Positions 10,390 to 19,917 of a DNA stretch of 64,000 bases are shown here, one piece after another. Both the position numbers and the translations under genes were made by a program. Positions within the stretch are counted from its first letter, which is position 1, and each line of letters opens with the position of its first letter. Source of the stretch: Abditibacteriaceae bacterium (GTDB lineage: Bacteria > Armatimonadota > Abditibacteriia > Abditibacteriales > Abditibacteriaceae); assembly GCA_965277285.1 (NCBI GenBank), contig OZ255721.1, forward strand, positions 2,432,001-2,496,000, written 5' to 3'. The notes under the pieces were generated by a model that searched no databases, was not told the origin of the DNA, and was given only the letters and a program-made list of their open reading frames with translations.

Positions 10390-10617
10390 ATGCAAACTCT
10401 CAAATACATTGGCGCGTGCGTATTTGCTTTGCTGGCAGTCTTTTCTTTATGTGGCTTGGCCGAACTCGTCTTGCTCAAAGCGCTGCATTTGACCAACGCC
10501 GCACCGCCAGCGCGCGAAGTTGTGACCAATCTGGTATTGACGCTCTTATTCGCGGTTTTGGCTACAGCACTTTCAGTAAGCGCCTCGAAACACAAAACGC
10601 CAGAGCAATTGAAGTAA
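10390..10617 (+). CDS. Small membrane protein (2 TM), paralog of the previous ORF
   Basis: MQTLKYIGACVFALL; two hydrophobic helices. Confidence 0.65.
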   Translation: MQTLKYIGACVFALLAVFSLCGLAELVLLKALHLTNAAPPAREVVTNLVLTLLFAVLATALSVSASKHKTPEQLK

Positions 10618-10656
10618 GCAATTTCTCTCAAAGCAGCTGTTGTAAAAGGTGAAAAA

Positions 10657-11286
10657 ATGAATGGACAAAATGGAAACGGAAGCCTGATCGCGTCCAATGT
10701 GACGCCGCAGGCCGACGGTTTATTGATGGAAAACGGCGTGCCGACGATTGTCTCGAGCGGCATTTCCGACGCGGGCGTCAACGTGATGGACGGTTCGCAG
10801 CCGTTGCACACGATTTCGATTCTGGTCGAAAACCGGCCTGGCGTTTTGGCGCGCGTGTCGCACGTTTTCGCGCGTCGCGGCTTCAACCTGGAAAGCCTGG
10901 CGGTTTCTCGCACCGAAGACCCGACGGTTTCGCGCATGACGATTGTTGTCGCGGGCAACGACGAAGCCTTCACCCAAATCGGCAAGCAATTGTTCAAGCT
11001 GATCGATGTCATCAAAGTCATCGACCACACGCGCGACGATTTGGTCAGCCGCGAACTGGCGTTAATCAAAGTCGCCGCCAATTCGAGTACTCGAACTGAA
11101 ATCATTCAAATCGCGCAAGCGTTCAAGGCGAAGTTGGTGGACATCGAAGAAGACAGCATTATCGTCGAAGTGACTGGCAAAGAAGCCAAGGTCGATGGCA
11201 TGCAAAAAATGCTCGAACGTTTCGGCATTTTGGAACTGGTACGAACGGGCAAAATTGTCCTCGTGCGCGGCCCGAAACAAACGTAA
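10657..11286 (+). CDS. ilvN: Acetolactate synthase small subunit
   Basis: HTISILVENRPGVLARVSHVFARRGFNLESL ACT domain; true start could be later. Confidence 0.95.
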   Translation: MNGQNGNGSLIASNVTPQADGLLMENGVPTIVSSGISDAGVNVMDGSQPLHTISILVENRPGVLARVSHVFARRGFNLESLAVSRTEDPTVSRMTIVVAGNDEAFTQIGKQLFKLIDVIKVIDHTRDDLVSRELALIKVAANSSTRTEIIQIAQAFKAKLVDIEEDSIIVEVTGKEAKVDGMQKMLERFGILELVRTGKIVLVRGPKQT

Positions 11287-11288
11287 TA

Positions 11289-11519
11289 CACCGCAGAAAG
11301 CGCAGAGTTCGCTGAGGAAAAGAGCCTAAAGAATCATCACAAAAGTTCGTCATTCTGAGAGTAGAGAAGAATCTAACTTCAATCAGATTCCTCTTTGCGC
11401 TCAGAATGACAGACTGCGAGTTTGAAGGCTTTTTTGCTTTCTCTACGCACTCGCAGAATAACGGCAAAGTGTAGGTTTCGAGTACTCGATTCTTTTTCTC
11501 TTCGCGTTCTTCGCGGTTC
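11289..11519. repeat. Composite REP-like hairpin (inner GTCATTCTGAG...CTCAGAATGAC at 11349-11410)
   Basis: Inverted repeats related to those at 23253-23398 and 26328-26512. Confidence 0.7.
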
Positions 11520-11528
11520 AATTTTCCG

Positions 11529-12347
11529 ATGAACGTTCTTGAATTCAAAGACGCGACGATCAAGTTCGGTGGTTTGACAGCCGTCGCGCCGCTGTCGTTC
11601 GCCATTCCGCGCGGGCAGATGGCGGCTGTCATCGGGCCAAACGGCGCCGGAAAAACCACGGTTTTCAACCTGATTACCGGCGTTTATCCGCCGACTGAGG
11701 GCGAGATCTGGTTTGAAGAGGTGCGCGTGGCGAGCGCGAACAAAGCTTTGGCGCCGCACGCTTTGTGTCGTCGTGGTATCGCGCGCACTTTTCAAAACAT
11801 TCGCTTGTTCGGCGACTTGAGCGTGGAAGACAACGTGCGTTGCGCCTTTGCCGGACGCGCCGGTTATGGTTTGATGAGTGCTTTAGGACGCACTTCGCGT
11901 CAAGCAAGACAGGAAAACTGGATCGCACAGGAAACAGCCGATTTGCTGCAAATTTTTGGGTTGCAATCGCGCAATCGAGTACTCGCGCGCAACCTGCCGT
12001 ATGGCGATCAGCGCCGTCTGGAAATCGCGCGCGCTCTGGCAACGCAGCCCAAATTGCTCTTGCTGGACGAACCGACGAGCGGCATGAACCCGACCGAGAC
12101 CGAAGAAGTGACGCAACTTATCGTGCAAGTTCGTAAGCAGTTCGACCTGACAGTTTTGCTGATCGAGCATCACATGAGCTTGGTGATGGGCATCTGCGAG
12201 CGCGTCATTGTGCTGGATGGCGGCGTCAAAATCGCCGATGACGTGCCGCGCGCTGTTCAAAATAATCCGCATGTCGTCGCCGCCTACCTGGGCGAACCCG
12301 ACGCTGCGGTTGACGAAGCCGTCGAAGCCGGAGAAGCCCTCGCGTGA
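11529..12347 (+). CDS. livG: Branched-chain amino acid ABC transporter ATPase (LivG-type)
   Basis: GPNGAGKTT, LPYGDQRRLEIARAL, LDEP, IEHHM. Confidence 0.9.
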   Translation: MNVLEFKDATIKFGGLTAVAPLSFAIPRGQMAAVIGPNGAGKTTVFNLITGVYPPTEGEIWFEEVRVASANKALAPHALCRRGIARTFQNIRLFGDLSVEDNVRCAFAGRAGYGLMSALGRTSRQARQENWIAQETADLLQIFGLQSRNRVLARNLPYGDQRRLEIARALATQPKLLLLDEPTSGMNPTETEEVTQLIVQVRKQFDLTVLLIEHHMSLVMGICERVIVLDGGVKIADDVPRAVQNNPHVVAAYLGEPDAAVDEAVEAGEALA

Positions 12348-12427
12348 AAAAGTGATCAGGGGCCAGAAAAAACCCTCACGCTCCGTATTTCCGACCAATG
12401 CCCTCCGGCCACTGACCACTTCCTCTT

Positions 12428-13201
12428 ATGCACATCGAGTTTTTAGGGACAGCGGGTTATCATCCGAACCGGACGCGCCACACGAGTTGCGTTTTTTTGC
12501 CCGATGCTGCGCCCGATTGCGCCTTTTTACTGGATGCGGGCAGCGGCATATTTCGCTTGATCGGGCGCGATTTGCCGCCGAAGTTGCATATTTTTCTGTC
12601 GCACGCACACTTGGATCACACGCAGGGCTTGACGTTTTTGCTCGATGTGCTTTATGGGCAAATCACTCAGGTCACGCTTCATGCGACGGCGCCCGTTTTG
12701 GAAGCCGTTCGACACCATTTGTTCGCGGCGCCCCTATTTCCAGTGCCCTTTGAACAACGAACACACCTGATCGAACACGGCACGGAGTTCTGGGTCGAAG
12801 GCGTGCAAATACAAACTTTTTCTCTCACGCATCCCGGCGGCTCGACCGGTTTTCGCTTCGATTGGCCGGCTTCGAGCACTTATTCGAGTACTCGAAAAGC
12901 CGCGTCGTTAGCTTACGTTACAGATACGGCGGGCGATGGCCTTTATCTCGATTCCATTCAAAATTTGGACGTATTGATTCACGAGCGCAATTTTTCAGAT
13001 GCCTTGCCCGAACTCGCCGTGGCGTCCGGTCATTGCACGTCCAGCGATGTCGCCAAAGTCGCGCAAGAAGTGCGTCCGCGCCAATTGGTTTTGACGCATT
13101 TCAATCCACTTCCAACCAACGATCCCGCCGAAGAAGACGATTTGGCGCAGCAATTTCCCACTGCGATTTTCGCGCGCGACGAACAAGTCGTGACGTTCTA
13201 A
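12428..13201 (+). CDS. MBL-fold metallohydrolase (RNase Z/BN-like)
   Basis: FLGTAG, SHAHLDH, TDT, GHCT, LTHF. Confidence 0.85.
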   Translation: MHIEFLGTAGYHPNRTRHTSCVFLPDAAPDCAFLLDAGSGIFRLIGRDLPPKLHIFLSHAHLDHTQGLTFLLDVLYGQITQVTLHATAPVLEAVRHHLFAAPLFPVPFEQRTHLIEHGTEFWVEGVQIQTFSLTHPGGSTGFRFDWPASSTYSSTRKAASLAYVTDTAGDGLYLDSIQNLDVLIHERNFSDALPELAVASGHCTSSDVAKVAQEVRPRQLVLTHFNPLPTNDPAEEDDLAQQFPTAIFARDEQVVTF

Positions 13202-13315
13202 CCAGCGAATAAATTCGCCGCCAGAGAAAAGTGTCGAGCTAAACCCGACACAGATTCGATCTTGGTGTGTCAATGCAGGTTGGCTTGGTTTGCTGGCGGC
13301 GAATTCATTCGCTGG
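13202..13315. repeat. REP-like inverted repeat CCAGCGAATAAATTCGCCGCCAG...CTGGCGGCGAATTCATTCGCTGG
   Basis: 23-bp arms with one mismatch. Confidence 0.7.
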
Positions 13316-13357
13316 GAACTTGCGCCGCGCGTTCGAGTACTCGATACTTCGCGCCAC

Positions 13358-13876
13358 ATGAACCAGCAAAACATCGAACAGAAAAACACGCGCGCCGCTA
13401 TTTATCCCGGCACCTTCGACCCTGTGACGAGCGGCCATATGGATATTTTGCGCGAAGCCGCCGCTTTGTTCGCCCGCGTCACGGTCGCGGTCGGGCGCAA
13501 TCCGGGCAAAGTGCCGCTTTTTTCACCCGAAGAACGCGTCGAAATGCTGCAACGCGCCGTCCAAAACGAAGGCTGGAACAACGTCGAAGTCGGCTCGTTC
13601 GAGGGCTTGACCGTCGATTTCGCCAAGTCGTGCGGCGCTTCTTACATCGTGCGCGGCTTGCGCGCCGTGACCGATTTCGAGGCCGAATTCGCGCTCGTGC
13701 TGGGCAACGAACAACTTGACGCGAAGATCAAAACCATTTTCGTGATGCCTTCGCAACGTCACATTTACCTCAGTTCGAGCATCGTGCGCCAGGCGGCGGA
13801 ACTGGGGCGACGCGTTATTCCGGGCAGCGTGCCGCAAGCGGTCGAAGAAAAGTTAAGAGACAAATTCGGGTTTTGA
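13358..13876 (+). CDS. coaD: Phosphopantetheine adenylyltransferase
   Basis: AIYPGTFDPVTSGH, RGLRAVTDF, SSSIVR. Confidence 0.96.
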   Translation: MNQQNIEQKNTRAAIYPGTFDPVTSGHMDILREAAALFARVTVAVGRNPGKVPLFSPEERVEMLQRAVQNEGWNNVEVGSFEGLTVDFAKSCGASYIVRGLRAVTDFEAEFALVLGNEQLDAKIKTIFVMPSQRHIYLSSSIVRQAAELGRRVIPGSVPQAVEEKLRDKFGF

Positions 13877-13969
13877 TCTGTCATCAAAAGTCCTCAAAGG
13901 GCAGCTTTTCCGCTTCGTTCAGAAAGACAAATTGCTTTAGTATCGAGTACTTGATTTGCTTTTAGAATT

Positions 13970-14674
13970 ATGCTTTCCATCCAAAACCTCAACGTTTACT
14001 ACGGCGTGATTCACGCGTTGCACGACCTTTCGCTCGAAGTGAATCAAGGCGAAATCGTCACTTTAATCGGCTCCAACGGCGCCGGAAAATCGACGACATT
14101 ACTGGCGCTCTCAGGATTATTGGCGCCGCAATCGGGCACCATCTCCTTCCGCGACAAAGACCTAAAAGGCGTGTCAGCACACGCGCGCGTGCAAAACGGA
14201 CTGGTGCAAGTTCCCGAAGGACGCCGCGTTTTTCCGCAGATGAGCGTGCAGGAAAACCTTGGCTTGGGCGCTTATGCGCGAAAAGACAAAGCGCAGATTC
14301 AAAAAGATTTGGACGAAGTGTGCGACCTTTTTCCGCGCCTGCGCGAACGCTGGAAGCAACTGGCCGGCACGATGTCGGGCGGCGAACAACAAATGCTGGC
14401 CGTCGGGCGAGCCATGATGAGCCGCCCGCAACTTTTGCTGCTCGATGAACCTTCGCTGGGATTGGCGCCGCTTCTGGTCAAAGAAATCTTCAACGTCGTG
14501 CAACGCATCCGCGAGCGCGGCGTGACGATTTTGCTGGTCGAACAAAACGCGCATCTTTCGCTGGCGATTGCCGACCGCGCTTACGTTTTGGAAACAGGCC
14601 GCGTCGTGATGAGCGGCGACGCCAAAACTCTGGCCCGCGACCCGCGCATCAAAGCCGCTTATTTAGGCGCGTGA
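13970..14674 (+). CDS. livF: Branched-chain amino acid ABC transporter ATPase (LivF-type)
   Basis: GSNGAGKST, VPEGRRVF, MSGGEQQML, VEQNA. Confidence 0.93.
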   Translation: MLSIQNLNVYYGVIHALHDLSLEVNQGEIVTLIGSNGAGKSTTLLALSGLLAPQSGTISFRDKDLKGVSAHARVQNGLVQVPEGRRVFPQMSVQENLGLGAYARKDKAQIQKDLDEVCDLFPRLRERWKQLAGTMSGGEQQMLAVGRAMMSRPQLLLLDEPSLGLAPLLVKEIFNVVQRIRERGVTILLVEQNAHLSLAIADRAYVLETGRVVMSGDAKTLARDPRIKAAYLGA

Positions 14675-14703
14675 CTTTTTAATATCGAGTACTCGAATCC
14701 ATT

Positions 14704-15858
14704 ATGAGCGGCAAAATATTTGTGGTACAAGGCGATGAAAGTTTGCGCAGTTTGAGCGAGCAGGATTTCGATACGGAAGACGATTTCCAAACGCTGCTGG
14801 AAAAATATCCCGACCTCATTCCTGGCGAGCAGATCGACGAGATGGCGCCGCGCCGCTGGCTTCTGGTGTCGCGCGAATATGGCGTTCCCGACGAAGAAAA
14901 CGCGGCGGATCGTTGGTCGCTCGATCATCTTTTCCTCGACCAGGACGGCGTTCCGACTCTGGTCGAAGTGAAACGTCGCAGCGATGCGCGCCTGACCAAC
15001 GCGCGCCGCGAAGTCGTCGGGCAAATGCTCGATTACGCCGCCAACGCCGTCGTTTATTGGCCTGTTGAAACGATGCGCGCTCGCTTTGAAGCCGGTTGCG
15101 TGGCGCGCGGCGAAGATGCGAGCGAAAAACTGTCAGCTTTTCTCGAAACTTCGGACGAAAGCGCCATCGAGCAATTCTGGCAAAACGTCAAAGTCAATCT
15201 GGCCGCGTCGAAGTTGCGCTTGCTTTTCGTCGCCGATTTTATTCCGCCCGAATTGCGTCGCATCGTCGATTTTCTCAACGCGAACATGAGTTCGGTCGAA
15301 GTTTTGGCGGTTGAAATCAAGCATTTCGTGGGCACAGATGCCAATGGCGCGATGTTGCGAACTTTGGTGCCGCGCGTTTTCGGCCAGACAGCGCAGGCTG
15401 AAATCAAGAAAACGTCATCGAGTCCTCGAAACTTGAAATGGAGCCAAGAAAAGTTTTTGGAATACGTCTTAAACAAGTTTGATAATCAAACTTGTAAAGT
15501 CGTAAGTGCAATTCTTGACTGGATCGAACGTAAAGGATTGACAATTTCTTGGGGCGCTTCAATCAATGGTTCGTTCTCTCCTCAAATACATAATGAGCGC
15601 GGCAGACACCGTTTGTTTTTTGTTTACGGTGGATTTGGAAAAATCGAATTTGCGCTCGACTACATGAAAGACGAACCGCCGTTTGACAATGCCGAACTGT
15701 TGGAGGAATGGCGCTTGCGCTTAAAACAAGTGTTTGGAAACCAGATTGATACAACGCGAAAGTTTCCAGGATATAGTCTTCAACTACTCGCAGACGAACA
15801 AAAACTTCAACAACTCCTTGCCGCGCTCGATTGGGCGCTCGAACAAATCCGAAAATGA
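14704..15858 (+). CDS. PD-(D/E)xK nuclease-fold protein (NucS/EndoMS-like N-terminus)
   Basis: E..LQ, SLDHLFLDQDGVPTLVEVKR, VGQMLDY. Confidence 0.65.
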   Translation: MSGKIFVVQGDESLRSLSEQDFDTEDDFQTLLEKYPDLIPGEQIDEMAPRRWLLVSREYGVPDEENAADRWSLDHLFLDQDGVPTLVEVKRRSDARLTNARREVVGQMLDYAANAVVYWPVETMRARFEAGCVARGEDASEKLSAFLETSDESAIEQFWQNVKVNLAASKLRLLFVADFIPPELRRIVDFLNANMSSVEVLAVEIKHFVGTDANGAMLRTLVPRVFGQTAQAEIKKTSSSPRNLKWSQEKFLEYVLNKFDNQTCKVVSAILDWIERKGLTISWGASINGSFSPQIHNERGRHRLFFVYGGFGKIEFALDYMKDEPPFDNAELLEEWRLRLKQVFGNQIDTTRKFPGYSLQLLADEQKLQQLLAALDWALEQIRK

Positions 15859-15947
15859 CCACCCAAATTGCGTATCTGGATACGTAGATTCAATATCGAG
15901 TACTCGAAATAATTCCTTCCACTGAATTCCGTGCCTTATTTGACACA

Positions 15948-16775
15948 TTGCAAAACGGCAAAACTCAAGAGGAGCGACGCCAGGAACTTTTCGCCTGGTT
16001 GCGCGATCATGCTTCGATGATGCAATCGTTGGAGCAGTTCCGTCACATTTCAAAAAACAATTTTTCGATTGAAAACGAGGCGTCGTGGACGTTTTATGCG
16101 GCCAGTCGCGTCAACGACATTTTGCTGTTGCCGTTGCAAACTCTTGAAAACGAACGTGATTTCCTGGCTTTGTCACGCGAAGACTACGAAGAGTTCTGGC
16201 GGACTTTGGGTTTTGAAGTTTTTGAGCCACAGCATTTTCACCCTTTCGAGTGCGAGATTTTTGCGGTTGAAGCAGCCGACGACGCGAACTTTTCGCCGCA
16301 AATCGAGCGCGTCGTGTGGCCTGGCGCGAAGTTCGGCGATTTGATGTTCGCGCGCGCCGGGGTTGTCGTGAAAAGCGGCGCGAACTTTCTCGATGCGAAA
16401 ATCGCCGCAACGTCCATGTTATATGACGTGTTCTGGCGTTTGCATCGCCGAACAGAAGACCTTTCGATGGGCTGGGGCAGCAATTCTCAATGGAGGACGG
16501 CTTTCCGGCGCGATTACGTTTACAACGATCATTTTCTGTTCAACGTCGATGGCGAACCAGGTTTCAAGCAACCGTCGTTTTTGCAAAGTCTCGATTGGAA
16601 CGATTTGCCGGAACGTCAGTTTTTTGCGTCGCAAAAAGGCGACAATGACGACTTGACAACCGAAGAACGCGAGGAACTTTTGACCTATCGCGGCTTTGTC
16701 AAATGCCCGAAAAGTGACGCCGATTTGTGGCCGTATGACGATTGCCTGATCGTTCGCCGCGACGCGCCGTTGTGA
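15948..16775 (+). CDS. Hypothetical protein
   Basis: 275-aa ORF with conserved-looking DLSMGWGSNSQWRTAFRRDY block; start uncertain. Confidence 0.6.
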   Translation: MQNGKTQEERRQELFAWLRDHASMMQSLEQFRHISKNNFSIENEASWTFYAASRVNDILLLPLQTLENERDFLALSREDYEEFWRTLGFEVFEPQHFHPFECEIFAVEAADDANFSPQIERVVWPGAKFGDLMFARAGVVVKSGANFLDAKIAATSMLYDVFWRLHRRTEDLSMGWGSNSQWRTAFRRDYVYNDHFLFNVDGEPGFKQPSFLQSLDWNDLPERQFFASQKGDNDDLTTEEREELLTYRGFVKCPKSDADLWPYDDCLIVRRDAPL

Positions 16776-16789
16776 TAAACACTTCTCCT

Positions 16790-17611
16790 ATGATTCAAAT
16801 CGCCAATTACACTGTCGGAAAACATCAACCTTTGCTGCTGATCGCTGGGCCGTGCGTCATCGAAAGCGCCGAGCTATGTCACCAAGTCGCGGCGCAGATG
16901 AGAACTTTGTGCGCGGAACGCGGCATCAATTATGTGTTCAAAGCCAGTTTCGACAAAGCCAATCGCACTTCGATTCATTCTTATCGTGGGCCGGGCATCG
17001 ACCAAGGCTTGGAAATCTTGCAACAAATCAAGATCAAGTACTCGATTCCGGTTTTGACCGATATTCACGAAAGCGCGCAATGCGACCAAGTCGCAAATGT
17101 CTGCGATGTGTTGCAGATTCCCGCATTTTTGTGTCGTCAAACCGATTTGTTAATCGCGGCAGCGGAAGCCGTGAACAAGTATGGCGGCGCGGTCAATATC
17201 AAAAAAGGGCAGTTTCTGGCGCCCGAAGACACCAAAAATATCGTGGCGAAAATGCGGGAAGCCGGTTGCGAAAACGTTATGTTGACCGAGCGCGGCACGA
17301 CTTTCGGCTACAACAATCTGGTGGTTGACTTTCGCGGAATCGAAACGATGCGGCAGTTCGCGCCGGTCTGTTTCGATGCGACGCACAGCGTTCAAAAGCC
17401 CGGTGGCAGCGGAACCGTCAGCGGTGGCGACCGACGTTTCGTGCCGCTCTTGACGCGCGCGGCAATGGCGGTCGGCGTCGATGCCTTGTTCGTGGAAACG
17501 CACCCAAACCCGGACGAAGCCAAAAGCGACGGCCCGAACATGGTTCCGTTAAGTGAAATGGCCGCGCTTTTGGACAGTGCATTGGCGATTCGCGCCGCGA
17601 ATGGGGAATAA
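16790..17611 (+). CDS. kdsA: KDO 8-phosphate synthase
   Basis: AGPCVIES, KASFDKANRTS, IPAFLCRQTDL, DATHSVQ. Confidence 0.97.
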   Translation: MIQIANYTVGKHQPLLLIAGPCVIESAELCHQVAAQMRTLCAERGINYVFKASFDKANRTSIHSYRGPGIDQGLEILQQIKIKYSIPVLTDIHESAQCDQVANVCDVLQIPAFLCRQTDLLIAAAEAVNKYGGAVNIKKGQFLAPEDTKNIVAKMREAGCENVMLTERGTTFGYNNLVVDFRGIETMRQFAPVCFDATHSVQKPGGSGTVSGGDRRFVPLLTRAAMAVGVDALFVETHPNPDEAKSDGPNMVPLSEMAALLDSALAIRAANGE

Positions 17612-17947
17612 CTCTTTCGAGTACTCGAATATCGCGGGACACTACTTGCCAGATAATCAATTGGGGCTAAAAGTCGACTGCAAACCTCGCCATTGTTAAA
17701 CACGATTTCACAAACTGCAATGCGCCGCAGTGTAAAGTTCTTGACACATTCGCGTTGCGTGCCACGATGCTGTTATAATTGCTTCGATTAGGTTTGGTCA
17801 AGATGTTTCAGGAGAGAAACAAAACTGAAACGTCCTTGAGTTAGCATTCATCGCGTGGGTTTGAATTTGAAGGCCGCACGAATCCGCACGAAATCGGCAT
17901 TTTTGGAAAGCGGCCTGGTTGCGCATTCCTGTTTTCATCGTAGCTTT

Positions 17948-19258
17948 ATGTCTGAATCTCTTTCTCCATCACAGATGTCACCCGCTGTTGCCTCTGAAGC
18001 CGTTATTCCGGCGACCGTTCCGGCTGTCGCGCCTCGTGTTGCGGCGCCTGCGGTTTCTTCCAAGTCCAAAGCGCGGTTCTCGATGGGTTGGCCTGCCATC
18101 GCGGCGCTTGCGGTTTTGGGAATTGTCGCGGTCGCAGGCGGCGTGACTTACGGCCTGTATTCGTCGTGGAACGGCAGCGGTCAAATCGCGCGCGGCGTGC
18201 GCGTTCAAGGCGAAGATTTGAGCGGCTTGTCCAAAGCGGCGGCCACCGAAAAATTGCAAAAGAAATTTGGTTTCATGTCGCTTGATATTGAAACGCCGGA
18301 ACATAAATATCGCGTGCCGCTTCACTCTTTGGGTGGCAATCCGCAAATCGCCAAAGTCGTCGAAAACGCGTATTGGTATGGACGTTCGGGCAGTTTGCCG
18401 ACTAATATCATGCGCGTGCTTGTTGATCACGAAACCACATCGTTAACGTTGCCTGTAACGTGGGATAAATCGGCGATGCGCCACACGATGTATGTTCTGG
18501 CCAAGAAATATCATCAGCCCGGCCACGATGCACGCTTGAAATTTCAGGACGGTGCACTGCAAGTCGTCGGCGAAACGCAAGGCCGCGCGGTCAATGTCGG
18601 CGCCACGTTGAAGACGTTGCAAACGAAGTATTATCCCGGGCTTTCGCACATTGAGGCCGCGACGATGGCAACGCAACCGCGCGTTACAGCGGCGTCTCTG
18701 GCCGGAACCGATACGGAATTGGGCGAGTACAAAACGCGTTTCGACACCGATCAGGTCGGTCGGACGCGCAACGTTCATCTGGCGGCGGCGGCGATTGACG
18801 GCAGCGTCCTGATGCCGGGCGAAACGTTTTCGTTCAATGGCAGAACCGGCGAACGGACGTGGGAAAAAGGCTATCGCATGGCGCATATTTTCCAGCGTCA
18901 GCCGGGTGAAGAGAAAGCGCAGGTCGTTGAAGGTTTGGCGGGTGGAACGTGCCAGATTTCGAGTACTCTTTTCAACGCCGTGCGCAAAACTAACAAGACC
19001 AATGGCCGTGCGCTGAAAATCGTGCAACGCGAGCAACACTCTTTGCCAGTCACGTATGTTCCCGCAGGTCTGGATGCAACGGTCGCCTGGCCGGATCGTG
19101 ATTTCAAGTTCCGCAACAACTTCAAGTTTCCGGTTTACATCCGCACTGATGTCGAAGGCAGCCACGTCACGATCAGCCTCTGGGGACGCGTCCCCGCCGG
19201 AACAAACGTTAATTCGCCTACCAATTCAACTGACCAGACGAGCGACCAAAATTTGTAA
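17948..19258 (+). CDS. VanW family protein with N-terminal TM and peptidoglycan-binding-like region
   Basis: PGETFSFN, GGTCQISSTLFNA, GLDATVAW, DFKFRN. Confidence 0.9.
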   Translation: MSESLSPSQMSPAVASEAVIPATVPAVAPRVAAPAVSSKSKARFSMGWPAIAALAVLGIVAVAGGVTYGLYSSWNGSGQIARGVRVQGEDLSGLSKAAATEKLQKKFGFMSLDIETPEHKYRVPLHSLGGNPQIAKVVENAYWYGRSGSLPTNIMRVLVDHETTSLTLPVTWDKSAMRHTMYVLAKKYHQPGHDARLKFQDGALQVVGETQGRAVNVGATLKTLQTKYYPGLSHIEAATMATQPRVTAASLAGTDTELGEYKTRFDTDQVGRTRNVHLAAAAIDGSVLMPGETFSFNGRTGERTWEKGYRMAHIFQRQPGEEKAQVVEGLAGGTCQISSTLFNAVRKTNKTNGRALKIVQREQHSLPVTYVPAGLDATVAWPDRDFKFRNNFKFPVYIRTDVEGSHVTISLWGRVPAGTNVNSPTNSTDQTSDQNL

Positions 19259-19276
19259 ATTCGCTTAACAGAAAAC

Positions 19277-19318
19277 AGCAACAGCGCGCAGAGTTCATTC
19301 TGCGCGCTGTTGCTTTTT
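19277..19318 (+). terminator. Intrinsic terminator after the VanW gene
   Basis: agcaacagcgcgcaga-gttcat-tctgcgcgctgttgct followed by a T run. Confidence 0.8.
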
Positions 19319-19393
19319 GTCCTATGAAAATGTCATGGTTGCGGCTTGAAGCATTTGGATGAAACGCTTTCGAGTACTCGATAAGAGAGAACA

Positions 19394-19491
19394 GGAGGCT
19401 GCGCCTGCACGGGTTGGATAGATAGACACGGATCGAATCGAACTAAGCCAAATCCGTGTTCACCCGTTCAATCCGTGCAGGCGTAGCCTCC
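19394..19491. repeat. Long intergenic inverted repeat (GGAGGCTGCGCCTGCACGG arms)
   Basis: Near-perfect arms; internal acacggat/atccgtgt motif shared with 9967-10090. Confidence 0.65.
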
Positions 19492-19512
19492 GTGTTCCCT
19501 TTTTCAAAGCCC

Positions 19513-19848
19513 TCAAGAACCTTTTTCATCAACCGTATCTTCGGCTTTTTCCGCTTTTTCGCCCGCTTCCACGATGTCGCCGTCGGTGAACAGAATGTTC
19601 TTCAAGGCGATGCGCCATTTGGGTTTCTGACGCAACAAAAACTCCAAATCCATGCCGAAATGCTTGAACTCTTCCTGCTGCGCATTCTGCATAATCGCTT
19701 TGGCGTCTTTGTCCTGCTCGACTGAAATGCGCTGTTCGTACCAGTTGATGGCTTCAGCTTCTTCGGTCAGCGACACGATCATGCGCGCGAAAGTGCGCGT
19801 CGCCTGCGATAGTTCGTCCGCCGGTTCGTGATATTGGTCAAATCCCAT
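19513..19848 (-). CDS. Encapsulated-ferritin-like (EncFtn/Flp) protein
   Basis: YHEP, SLTEEAEAINWYEQR, EEFKH, LEFL..., ILFT. Confidence 0.85.
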   Translation of the reverse strand: MGFDQYHEPADELSQATRTFARMIVSLTEEAEAINWYEQRISVEQDKDAKAIMQNAQQEEFKHFGMDLEFLLRQKPKWRIALKNILFTDGDIVEAGEKAEKAEDTVDEKGS

Positions 19849-19917
19849 AAATCTCCTTGAGGTTGTTCGTGTTCTCCAACGTCGAATAATTGAACATTGA
19901 GTACTCGAAAGTGCGTT

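Noticed and set aside
17741..17779. TTGACA/TATAAT pair upstream of the VanW gene
   Set aside because: Spacing is 27 bp; at most an extended -10 (TGTTATAAT), too weak to list
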